A DNA stretch of 13,906 nucleotides from an uncultured Deinococcales bacterium (GTDB taxonomy: Bacteria; Deinococcota; Deinococci; Deinococcales; JAAFIG01): positions 1 through 13,906 of the forward strand of contig CAXTKV010000144.1 in the NCBI GenBank assembly GCA_964244895.1, written 5' to 3'. Below, one piece after another: positions 1 to 7,797 of the stretch. The translations under genes were made by a program, and so were the position numbers. Under the pieces are notes generated by a model, which made no database searches, was not told the DNA's origin, and saw nothing but the letters and a program-made list of their open reading frames with translations. Numbering within the stretch: the first letter of the stretch is position 1; every line of letters starts with the position of its first letter.

Positions 1-1
1 T

Positions 2-67
2 CAGGTCGGGATCGAGCCGCGCCACGGCGTAAGCGTCAGGTTCGAGGGAAAGCGTTAACGGAACCAT
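2..67 (-). CDS. N-terminus of a probable ACT-domain protein (COG3603/ACT_7-like), runs off the window start
   Basis: ATG at 67 (minus) reads MVPLTLSLEPDAYAVARLDPDL, resembling the L-x-L-x-L...YAVxRL N-terminus of standalone ACT-domain proteins. TAAAAT -10 box lies 6 nt upstream. Not in the ORF track because only 22 codons are visible. Confidence 0.6.
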   Translation of the reverse strand, partial: MVPLTLSLEPDAYAVARLDPDL

Positions 68-102
68 GCGGTGATTTTACCCGGCAAGGTGAGATGATGC
101 CT

Positions 103-150
103 GAACACCGTCCAGGACGCGATTTTAGAGATACGTGCTGGACGGTGTTC
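103..150. repeat. Palindromic REP/REPIN-like element, 46-bp class, copy 1
   Basis: gAACACCGTCCAGGACGC-gattttagagat-ACGTGCTGGACGGTGTTc; core 104-149. Confidence 0.9.
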
Positions 151-228
151 TCAGGGTTAGTGGACAAATTGACCTACGCTAGAAAGCGCGTAGAACCATT
201 TAAGGAATTCTGTACAGTAAGAACTGTT

Positions 229-918
229 ATGTCACTTCCTTGCTTTATTAATGGCTCGCTTCAGTCGTGCCTTGCCTTCAGTTCGGAACTGAAGAACGTC
301 AAGGGTACTGATTTGTTCGAGATTCATGTCACGGTTGCTCCGCTGTTCGGCTCCGAGGTGCAAGCATTCCAGGTGACATGCCGCCAACATGGTTTGAAAG
401 CAATCATGATCGAATTTGGTGTTGACCCAACCCAGCCAATGACGTGCTCACGACATTGGGGCGATCTGCAAGGCGCACATGATGAAACCGATCGAATCAA
501 GACAGTCCTCGAAAGTCACTGCTTCCGTGTCGAACGCGTCAAGATCGAGGCAGCACCGACAAATTCATGCGTACCACAAACCGATGTAGACGCACGCCAC
601 GCACCAGACGGCTGTTACTTTGAGCATCACCTCAAGCTGCGGCTCGAGCAAACAGATTCGGGCTGTGAACTGAACGCGGTTTGCTTAAGGTTCGGTGGGC
701 ACCTTTCACGCAATGCGTTCAAAAAGCTTGAGGACGGCACACGCGAACAATTCGTGACGTTGCGCGCGCACGGCGTTGGACTCAGAACCACTCAGGAACG
801 AGTCGCGGAACTGACTGTAGCTCTCAAGCACTCTGGTTATCTTCTCATCGCTTCAGTCAGCGAATACTGCGTGTTCGACAGCAACCTTGATCTCGATACC
901 GCGTGGGTGCGTCCATGA
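229..918 (+). CDS. Uncharacterised protein with two FExH motifs; translationally coupled partner of the AbiEii-type nucleotidyltransferase
   Basis: Motifs LFEIHVTV, PTQPMT, RVKIEAAP, YFEHHLKL, HLSRNAFK, QFVTLR, EYCVFDSNLDLDTAW. The ORF-track start at 94 runs through a repeat, so ATG 229 is preferred, but the start is uncertain. Stop overlaps the next ATG (ATGA 915-918). Confidence 0.75.
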   Translation: MSLPCFINGSLQSCLAFSSELKNVKGTDLFEIHVTVAPLFGSEVQAFQVTCRQHGLKAIMIEFGVDPTQPMTCSRHWGDLQGAHDETDRIKTVLESHCFRVERVKIEAAPTNSCVPQTDVDARHAPDGCYFEHHLKLRLEQTDSGCELNAVCLRFGGHLSRNAFKKLEDGTREQFVTLRAHGVGLRTTQERVAELTVALKHSGYLLIASVSEYCVFDSNLDLDTAWVRP

Positions 919-1847
919 GTGACCTGATAGATGCTTTGGGTGAACGCAGTCTCGAGGTAGGTCGCCCGTTCGAGGAAATCCTCGACCTTCACGCCGCCGA
1001 GGGGTTTCTGAGGCGGATGCAAGGCTTACCAGACGCGAATTCCATGGTTTTGCGGGGTAGTACGCTGACTCGCCAGTACGTTTATCCGGCTTTTCGTCCG
1101 TCGGGCGATCTCGATTTTGTGACGACCTATCCGCACGACCCAGAGCGCGCCTCAGCATTTTTTGCTCAAGTTTGCGCCGTTAGCGAGCAAGACGATCAAG
1201 TTATGTTCCACTTCGATGGACTGACGAGTCTTCCCACTTGGTACTACACTGATTCGCCTGGTGTTCGTGCCTCCCTTCCGGTTACCGTTTGCGGTGATTC
1301 CCGTGTTCTGCAAGTTGATGTAGGTTTCAATGATCCACTCGTGCCACCCGCCGTAATGCTCGACTATCAGACCCTCATATTGGGATCAAGCGTGCAGGTG
1401 CTTGCTGCTCCACCCGAACTTCTCTTCGCATGGAAGGTGCAGGGTTTGTTCGACTACGATCCTGGCGGATGGCGAGCCAAAGATCTCTATGACGCGTACT
1501 TGCTCATCAAGCAAACGCGCCTCGATCCTGGTGTACTCGGTCAGGCGCTCGAGGTCGCATTTCGCAGTCGCTACGTATCCATTCAGCGTTTGAATGAGTT
1601 ATACGGGCGCGATTTTGAGATGGACGGGTATCACGTCTGGGAAGCCTTTCGCTTTCCGAGTGGCGAGCGCATTCCGTTGCTATTTGATGTTGCACTCAAT
1701 GAAATGAGAACGTTTCTCGATCTGTTGAGACCCAGACCCCTCGAGACCAATTCGTCGTCCAATGTGCAACGATATATCTTGCAGCCTCACATCGAACAAT
1801 CACCGAAGCGTCCGTGGTGGCAATTCTGGCGTCGTCAAAATCAATAA
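915..1847 (+). CDS. AbiEii/AbiGii-family (DUF1814) nucleotidyltransferase, putative toxin
   Basis: VLRGSTL...RPSGDLDF (G-S/R-x-S-x-D-x-D NTase motif), LQVDVGF, FAWK...RAKDLYD C-terminal motif, KRPWWQFW tail. Start taken from the ATGA overlap. Confidence 0.85.
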   Translation: MSDLIDALGERSLEVGRPFEEILDLHAAEGFLRRMQGLPDANSMVLRGSTLTRQYVYPAFRPSGDLDFVTTYPHDPERASAFFAQVCAVSEQDDQVMFHFDGLTSLPTWYYTDSPGVRASLPVTVCGDSRVLQVDVGFNDPLVPPAVMLDYQTLILGSSVQVLAAPPELLFAWKVQGLFDYDPGGWRAKDLYDAYLLIKQTRLDPGVLGQALEVAFRSRYVSIQRLNELYGRDFEMDGYHVWEAFRFPSGERIPLLFDVALNEMRTFLDLLRPRPLETNSSSNVQRYILQPHIEQSPKRPWWQFWRRQNQ

Positions 1848-1853
1848 TTCTCG

Positions 1854-1903
1854 AGAACACCGTCCAGCACGCATAGTCGACTATGCGTGCTGGACGGTGT
1901 TCT
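1854..1903. repeat. Palindromic element copy 2: perfect 50-bp palindrome between convergent genes, possible bidirectional terminator
   Basis: AGAACACCGTCCAGCACGCATAGTC|GACTATGCGTGCTGGACGGTGTTCT; overlaps CTCGAG at 1850. Confidence 0.95.
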
Positions 1904-1907
1904 TACT

Positions 1908-2798
1908 TCAACGAACGATCACGTCTAGGATCACGCCAGCCAGCATCGTCAAGGCCAGCCACGAATTCGCGTTGAAGAACGCCTCGTTGACGCGCGCCAG
2001 ATCATCCGGGCGCACCAATCGGTGCTCGTAGAACAGAATCCCGCCCATGATGGCGACCCCGACGTAGTACGCCCAACTCGAGCCCGCCGCCACCCCGACC
2101 AGCAAAAGGAGCACCCACATGATCGCGTGCGAATACTTCGCGATCTCGAGCCCGCGCTGAATTCCGAATTGCTGCGGAATGCTTTTCACGCCGTTGGCGC
2201 GGTCGAAATCAAAATCTTGCGTGGCGTAAATCACGTCCAGCCCGATCATCCAGAAGATCACGACCGCCCACAAGAGCCACGCGACCGCATCGAAACGCCC
2301 GGTCACGGCGATGTAGCCGCCCGCCGCCGCCGCGCCGTCCGTCACGCCCAGCCAGGCGTGGCACAGCCAGGTGAAACGCTTGGTGTACGGGTACAGCACC
2401 AGGAACACGACCGCGATGGGCAGCAAGGTCAGGCACAACGGGTTGAGTTGCGCCGCCGCGAAGGTCAGCACCGCCAGCGACACGACGGCCAGCAGGATGC
2501 CCTCGAGGGGTTTGACTGCGCCGCGCGGCACGTGGCGTCCGGCGGTGCGCGGGTTGCGGGCGTCGATCGAGGCGTCGATCACGCGGTTGAGCGCCATCGC
2601 GCTGGTGCGCGCGCTCGCCATCGCCAGGGTGATCCACAAGACCGTCCAGAAGCCGGGCCAGCCCGTGCCGAGTTGCGTTTTGGACGCGAACAGCATCCCG
2701 GCGTACGCGAAAGGTAACGCGAAGATCGTGTGCTCGAATTTGACCAGATCGAGGTAGGTTTTGACCCGCTCGAGCGGGCGCGGCAGGCTTGAACTCAC
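1908..2798 (-). CDS. mqnP: UbiA-family prenyltransferase, MqnP-type (futalosine menaquinone pathway)
   Basis: [47 protein letters not shown] motifs; multiple TM helices; GTG start 6 nt after TAATCT. Confidence 0.88.
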   Translation of the reverse strand: MSSSLPRPLERVKTYLDLVKFEHTIFALPFAYAGMLFASKTQLGTGWPGFWTVLWITLAMASARTSAMALNRVIDASIDARNPRTAGRHVPRGAVKPLEGILLAVVSLAVLTFAAAQLNPLCLTLLPIAVVFLVLYPYTKRFTWLCHAWLGVTDGAAAAGGYIAVTGRFDAVAWLLWAVVIFWMIGLDVIYATQDFDFDRANGVKSIPQQFGIQRGLEIAKYSHAIMWVLLLLVGVAAGSSWAYYVGVAIMGGILFYEHRLVRPDDLARVNEAFFNANSWLALTMLAGVILDVIVR

Positions 2799-2842
2799 GG
2801 CTCGAGATTACACCTGTGGCGCGCGCCAAACGGCATTTAATC

Positions 2843-3469
2843 TTACCGGATGCGCCAGACGAGCTTGAGCGGTGCGATGCCTGCGATTTTTGGCTCGAGC
2901 AGCGCGAAGATGACGTGCGGGTTCCTTAATTTCTCGTTTTTGGTGTGCAGCAGACCGTTTGTGACCTGGAGCGGAACGTCATCTTTGAAATTGCCGCCCT
3001 CGAAGCGGGCCGCGAACCAGCGCGCCCGAAAATCCGGGTGCGTCCGAACGCGCGTCAGGCCGGAGGCCGTGAGTTGCACGTCCGGCCATTTTTCGCAGCC
3101 GCAGAGCGCGTCGTCGGCGTAGAGGCCATCGCAGCGTTGGGCTTTGAGGCCGTTGGTGCAGACGTAGATCTCGCGCGATTTGAGGATCTCACCGTTTGCG
3201 CCCGTCAGCGTCAACCAATTGGCGGCTCGGGCGGTGATGGCCTGGTCGTAGACATCGTAGCTGCTGAGGCACACGCCGTCTGAATGGTTGTACGACTCGA
3301 GCGCCCGGCGCACGAAAGCGAGCGGCGGCAACCCCGAGATGCCGCGCACGGCGGCTCGAGCGTCGCGTATTTCTGCTCGGCAGGTGCTCGAGTCCGACCC
3401 ACCCCCCGCGAGGGTTCGGGCCAGTACCAGCGCGATCAGGGTGGGAACGATCAACCAGGTTTTTCGCAT
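2843..3469 (-). CDS. Hypothetical exported protein with six cysteines
   Basis: ATG at 3469 with an AAGGA Shine-Dalgarno; signal-like MRKTWLIVPTLIALVLARTLA. The longer ORF-track start at 3502 lies inside a repeat. Confidence 0.7.
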   Translation of the reverse strand: MRKTWLIVPTLIALVLARTLAGGGSDSSTCRAEIRDARAAVRGISGLPPLAFVRRALESYNHSDGVCLSSYDVYDQAITARAANWLTLTGANGEILKSREIYVCTNGLKAQRCDGLYADDALCGCEKWPDVQLTASGLTRVRTHPDFRARWFAARFEGGNFKDDVPLQVTNGLLHTKNEKLRNPHVIFALLEPKIAGIAPLKLVWRIR

Positions 3470-3494
3470 GAAGAGTCCTTTTGCGATCTCGAGA

Positions 3495-3540
3495 AACACC
3501 ATCCGGGACGTGATTCAAAATACGTGTGCTACACGGTGTT
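3495..3540. repeat. Palindromic element copy 3 (46 bp, diverged)
   Basis: AACACCATCCGGGACGT-gattcaaaatac-GTGTGCTACACGGTGTT; CTCGAG at 3488 immediately to the left. Confidence 0.85.
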
Positions 3541-3549
3541 CTTGACGGG

Positions 3550-5112
3550 TCAACGCCGCAGGATGCGCTTGCGGAGCGTCTCGAGTTCCCCGACGCGCAT
3601 GATGGTTGCCAATGCCAGGTACAGGGTTGCCCCCAACCCACCCGCCACGACCAGCCGCAGCGCGCCCGCCAGCGCCCCGCGCGTGCCGTGACCACCGGGC
3701 ATCAAACCCGATATGAGGTACGCGACCCCACCCGCCGCGAGCGCCGCCAGCCCCACTTTCACGGCGTGCCCGACGAGTTTTTTCCAGTTGAACCCGACCA
3801 GTCGGTGCAGCACGATCATGTAGACCACGCTGATCAGAAAACCCGTGGCGGTGGTGGCGTAATTCATGGCCACGAAACCGATGGGCGCGAGCGCGTAGTA
3901 CCCGGCGGTGTTGACCAGGAAGCCGCCGACGTTGATCAGGATCGCCTCGCGGGTGCGTTGTTGCACGTAGAGCGTGCGCACCAGGAACTGGTTCAAGCCC
4001 CACGGGATCATGGCGAGCGCCAGCGGCGGCAGCGCCAGCAGCGTGTAGGTGTACTTCTCTATTTCCAGGCCGCGCCGTCCCCAGTCGTAGAGCGCCGTGA
4101 CCACGCTGGGCGCGAGCGCGAAGATCAGCGCGGCGACGGGCATCGTCAGGAACAAGACCAGCCGCGCGTAAGTCCCCACGGTCGCGTTGAAGGTTCCCCA
4201 GTCCTTCGCGGCGGCGTTTTCCGCCAGGCGAGGGTACGCGGCCAGCGCGGGCGACACGGCGAACAATCCGAGTCCCAGCAGGAAAATCTGGTCGGCGTTG
4301 GTGAAGCCCGTGACCGCGCCCGCCGGGAAGCTGGACAGCAGCGTGGTCAGCACGATCGTCAGGAATTCTCGGGTGCCGGTCGTGAAGGTGAACGGGATCA
4401 TCAGCGAAAAGGTGCGCGCTAGCGCTGGATGCCAGCTGAACCCGAGCTTCGGCATCAACCCGAAGCGCCGCAAGCTGGGAATCTGCACGAAGAACTGCGC
4501 GAAACCCCCGAGCGTCGTGAAGACGGCCAGCATGACCGCGCTGCCCGGAAACAGCAGGAATCCGATGATCGAAACCAGGCTGAAGGCCAGCGGGCTAAAC
4601 GAGGTCGCTGAGAAGCGTTCCTCCGCGTTCAGCAACGCCATCGCCAGCGCGCTAAAAGAGATGCCCGCCAGGAACGGCCACAGAATCCGCGTCAGCGCGA
4701 TGGTCAATTCCGCGTTGACGCTGCCGCCCGACGCGATTCGCAATCCGATCACGAACGGCGCGAGCAGGATGCCCAGCCCGACCACGATCAAATTGACCGC
4801 CGCCAGCGCACCCGTCAGGCTCGAGGTGTAGGCCTTGCGCTCCTCGGGTGGCAGGTTCTTGTAGACGGGAATAATGCTGGAGGTCAGCGCGCCTTCCGCC
4901 AGCAGTTCGCGGAACAAATTCGGCACGCGGTACGCGACGTTGAAGGCGTCCGTGATCTCCGTGGGGAACAGGCGGTTGAAGAGCGTCTGGCGCACCAGTC
5001 CCAGCACCCGGCTGGCCAGCGTGCCGGACATGACGGTCAGGATGTTGCGCGTGGCGCTGCGGCGCGCGGGTGGGTTGATGGGTTTTTCGGCGTCTGAAGC
5101 GAACTCTGTCAA
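3550..5112 (-). CDS. murJ: Lipid II flippase MurJ (MviN)
   Basis: TLASRVLGLVR, DAFNVAYRVPNLFRELLAEGAL, about 520 aa polytopic membrane protein; TTG start uncertain. Confidence 0.95.
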   Translation of the reverse strand: MTEFASDAEKPINPPARRSATRNILTVMSGTLASRVLGLVRQTLFNRLFPTEITDAFNVAYRVPNLFRELLAEGALTSSIIPVYKNLPPEERKAYTSSLTGALAAVNLIVVGLGILLAPFVIGLRIASGGSVNAELTIALTRILWPFLAGISFSALAMALLNAEERFSATSFSPLAFSLVSIIGFLLFPGSAVMLAVFTTLGGFAQFFVQIPSLRRFGLMPKLGFSWHPALARTFSLMIPFTFTTGTREFLTIVLTTLLSSFPAGAVTGFTNADQIFLLGLGLFAVSPALAAYPRLAENAAAKDWGTFNATVGTYARLVLFLTMPVAALIFALAPSVVTALYDWGRRGLEIEKYTYTLLALPPLALAMIPWGLNQFLVRTLYVQQRTREAILINVGGFLVNTAGYYALAPIGFVAMNYATTATGFLISVVYMIVLHRLVGFNWKKLVGHAVKVGLAALAAGGVAYLISGLMPGGHGTRGALAGALRLVVAGGLGATLYLALATIMRVGELETLRKRILRR

Positions 5113-5206
5113 GGGAACCCCGAAGCTCGAGCGTGAACCCTCGAGCGAAGCGATTCAGCCTAGCAGACGCGGCGTGAGCCGAAGATGATTGAAAGCGACC
5201 CGCGCC

Positions 5207-5268
5207 GAGAACACCGTCCAGGACGCGACCCTAGATGTCCAAGAATATGCGTCCTGGGCGGTGTTCTC
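5207..5268. repeat. Palindromic element copy 4 (56-bp class)
   Basis: gagAACACCGTCCAGGACGC...GCGTCCTGGGCGGTGTTctc; core 5210-5265. Confidence 0.9.
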
Positions 5269-5333
5269 TTGGGCTCGAGTCCCGAGAAACCGCTCTTTCT
5301 CGAGGGCGATCACCGCACGAAAAACCGCGTCCC

Positions 5334-5359
5334 GTAGGGGCGAACCTCGCGTTCGCCCT
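5334..5359 (+). repeat. GTAG-tagged REP-type hairpin
   Basis: GTAG-GGGCGAAC-ctcgc-GTTCGCCC-T. Confidence 0.7.
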
Positions 5360-5379
5360 CACGCTCGAGGTGCGGTCGT

Positions 5380-5772
5380 TCAGGGGTGCGTTTTCGTCCC
5401 GTCGGTCGGATCGGTACTCGGGGCGTGCTCGCTCGGGGTCTGAACGCTCGAGGTCACGTGCGGCACCTCGACGTGCGCGGTCGGTGCGGGTGTCTCATCG
5501 GGCTTCTCGTTGAGTTTGTCCAGCGCCTCCTCGCGCTTGCGAACCTCCGCCAGCACGCGCTGGAGTTCCACGATGATCGGTTCCAGCCGCGCCGTGTCGT
5601 CGCGGTTGGTGAAATACATCTTGCCCAGCCGCGCGTACAGCCCGTCGCGTTCTCGCGCCAGGTTGACCAGATCCAGGCGCACTTGCGCGATTTTCGCGCC
5701 CAGTTCGCCCTTTTCCTTGGCGTAATCGAGTCCTTTTTTCAGTCCGCCCGCGATGTCATCCAGTAATCCCAT
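5380..5772 (-). CDS. Hypothetical coiled-coil protein with low-complexity P/T-rich tail
   Basis: GAGGTG Shine-Dalgarno before the ATG; helical MGLLDDIAGGLKKG...LYARLGKMY; host-like codon usage. Confidence 0.8.
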   Translation of the reverse strand: MGLLDDIAGGLKKGLDYAKEKGELGAKIAQVRLDLVNLARERDGLYARLGKMYFTNRDDTARLEPIIVELQRVLAEVRKREEALDKLNEKPDETPAPTAHVEVPHVTSSVQTPSEHAPSTDPTDGTKTHP

Positions 5773-5825
5773 GGTTCACCTCATGGCCTGATACGACCCG
5801 GCGGGCTTCAGGGTTCCGAAACGAA

Positions 5826-5876
5826 TGCGCCGTCCCAGACGGTGTTTCCGACGCGAACACCGTCTGGGACGCGATG
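5826..5876. repeat. Palindromic element copy 5 (inner halves conserved, 9-bp spacer)
   Basis: CGTCCCAGACGGTGTT-tccgacgcg-AACACCGTCTGGGACG, a perfect 16-bp inverted repeat at 5831-5871. Confidence 0.85.
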
Positions 5877-5931
5877 AATTGCGCCTGGTCGCCTCACGCC
5901 TCGAGCATTCGCTCTGGATTAGGCTGAGGCC

Positions 5932-6864
5932 ATGAAATCCGTCCGGGCGGTGCGCGCGATCGCGGTCATCGGGGTTTGTCTGGCGTCGCAGGCGTTGGCC
6001 TATAACCGCGAGACGCATTTCGACCTGACGCTCTACCTGGCGCTCAAAGCCCCGTGTCTCGAGTTCGCGGACGCGGCGCTGGTGGCCAGCGCCGACTGGA
6101 GCCAGGACACCAACCAGACAACCGTGGCCGAGAAGGATTTTTTCAGGGTGATCGCGCTGGACGTGCCCAGCCAACGCAACTGGCACGCCTTCGAGACGCC
6201 GGAAACCGTGCGCGCCCGCAAGGACGCGCTCTGGGCGCGGGTCGAACGCGCGCAAACCAGAGAAGAACGCCTGATTCACCTCGGGCAACTGCTGCATTTC
6301 GCGCAGGACAGTTTTTCTCACGCGGGGTACGCGCCGGGATTGGGGCACGCGCTGGACACGTTCTCCGGGCGCGACCCGGATTCGTTCGCCTTCCCGGATC
6401 GCGCAGAAATCGCGTTGAACCGGATGCTCGAGACGGCCCAGGAAAGCCTCGGCTGGATCGGGCGGACGTGCGCGCTACAGGACGCTGGCCCGGTCAGCAT
6501 CGCGCTCGAGGAACGCGATGTCGCGCTTTTCAAAGCCCTCGTGGCGGGCAGCGATCCCGGCTGGCGCGCCTGGCGCTTCTCCGGCGTCAGCGACGAGGGT
6601 TTGATCGGTGAGCGCAAACTCTACCGCCTGATCGCCGCCAGCCTGACGAGCGACTGGATGCCGTCCGCGCTGACCGGCACGGCGGATCGCGGCGCGGTGC
6701 TGGACGCGTACCTCGAGTGGTTGCACGTCGCTTACGGCCCCGACGGCGAACCGAGCAACCTGCCCGAATTGCTGCCTCGCCTCGAGACGATCCGGCGCGG
6801 CGGGACTGCCCCGATTCTGCCCGCGCGCGGCGTGCTCTGGGCGGGGATTCACACGGGGTGTTGA
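5932..6864 (+). CDS. Secreted protein with Zn-dependent phospholipase C / P1-S1 nuclease-like metal-binding signature
   Basis: Signal peptide ending ALA|Y; mature N-terminus YNRETH; DWSQD; WHAF; LGQLLHFAQDSFSHAGY..GH (H-x3-D-x3-H). Confidence 0.7.
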   Translation: MKSVRAVRAIAVIGVCLASQALAYNRETHFDLTLYLALKAPCLEFADAALVASADWSQDTNQTTVAEKDFFRVIALDVPSQRNWHAFETPETVRARKDALWARVERAQTREERLIHLGQLLHFAQDSFSHAGYAPGLGHALDTFSGRDPDSFAFPDRAEIALNRMLETAQESLGWIGRTCALQDAGPVSIALEERDVALFKALVAGSDPGWRAWRFSGVSDEGLIGERKLYRLIAASLTSDWMPSALTGTADRGAVLDAYLEWLHVAYGPDGEPSNLPELLPRLETIRRGGTAPILPARGVLWAGIHTGC

Positions 6865-6955
6865 GCCGGTCGTTCCCGGCTCACAACATGACTGGCCGGT
6901 CGTTCCCGGCTCACAACATGATTGGCCGGTCGTTCCCGGCGCACGAGTGACTGGC
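6865..6955. repeat. 30-bp tandem repeat, about 3 copies, each containing a hairpin
   Basis: GCCGGTCGTTCCCGGCTCACAACATGA(C/T)TG at 6865, 6895 and 6925 (third copy diverges after 16 bp); GCCGG-TCGTTC-CCGGC stem in each. Confidence 0.92.
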
Positions 6956-6962
6956 TCGAGCG

Positions 6963-7000
6963 CCCTCACCTCGGCCCCTTTGCCGATTGTGGAAGAGGGG
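6963..7000 (+). repeat. Degenerate CCCTCACC...CCCCTCTCCC-N-GGGAGAGGGG type intergenic hairpin repeat
   Basis: CCCTCACCTCGG-CCCCTTTGCC-gattgt-GGAAGAGGGG. Confidence 0.5.
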
Positions 7001-7217
7001 AGCAAAGCCCGCGGTGCGCGGGTCGGCTCGAGAACATTCGGTGCGGGACGAAACGAAACTCGGGTGCGCAGTCTGCGACCCGACCTTCCCTCGAGAAATT
7101 CTTATATCAGTTCAATTGTGATGCGTCCTGAACGCAGCGCTTTCGAAGCTTGCACGTCGTGCAGGACACGATACTCGAGGCGCAAAGGCGTTTCTTGCCG
7201 TACACTCGAGTTCCTTG

Positions 7218-7757
7218 ATGAACCGAGATGCCCTGCGCCAGAAACTGACCAAACTGCTCGCACTGGCCCGCGCGGGCGAGGCGGGTGAACGCGAGAACGC
7301 GAGAACGCTGCTGGATCGGTTGATGCTCAAGTACGATTTCAGCCTGGCCGATCTCGAGCGCGGCGCGTCGATCTCGCCGTGCGTGTTCGAGTTCGAGACG
7401 GACTGGGAAAAACGCTTGCTGGGCCAAGTGCTGTACCGCGTCATGGGCGACGACCGCAAGGCGTACTTCACGCACCGCGCGGGCGAGCGCACGCCGTACC
7501 TGTGCGCGGATCTGGATCCGAGCGAGCGCGCCGAGGTCGAGCTGATGTACGGCATTTACCGCCGTCAACTCGAGCGCGAGTTCGAGCGCTTGTTCGCGGC
7601 CTTCCTGGGCAAGCACGATCTGTTCGTGGCCTCGCCGCACGGCGTGCCGCACGAGTTGTTGATCTCCGACGACGACCGCGATGCGATTAAAGCGATGGCT
7701 GACGCGTTGGACGCGATCTCGATTCTGCCCGCGCTGGACGCGTCGAGCCCCGCTTAG
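7218..7757 (+). CDS. DUF2786-domain protein
   Basis: N-terminal KLTKLLALARAGEAGERENARTLLDRLMLKY matches the DUF2786 pattern (K-x-x-KLLALA...E..A...A..LM.KY); TACACT at 7201. Confidence 0.75.
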   Translation: MNRDALRQKLTKLLALARAGEAGERENARTLLDRLMLKYDFSLADLERGASISPCVFEFETDWEKRLLGQVLYRVMGDDRKAYFTHRAGERTPYLCADLDPSERAEVELMYGIYRRQLEREFERLFAAFLGKHDLFVASPHGVPHELLISDDDRDAIKAMADALDAISILPALDASSPA

Positions 7758-7797
7758 GGCGTGTCGGTGAAGTCTCGAGGGTTGTCGGTGAGCGAAG

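Noticed and set aside
94..228. N-terminal extension of the first ORF (also ORF starts at 3502 and 8016)
   Set aside because: The extensions at 94 and 3502 translate palindromic repeats (the EHRP/CWTVF peptides recur in several spurious ORFs); 8016 lies upstream of the -10 box
6865..6955. Mini CRISPR array
   Set aside because: The repeat is only 16 bp, the 14-bp linkers are near-identical rather than unique spacers, and there are no cas genes
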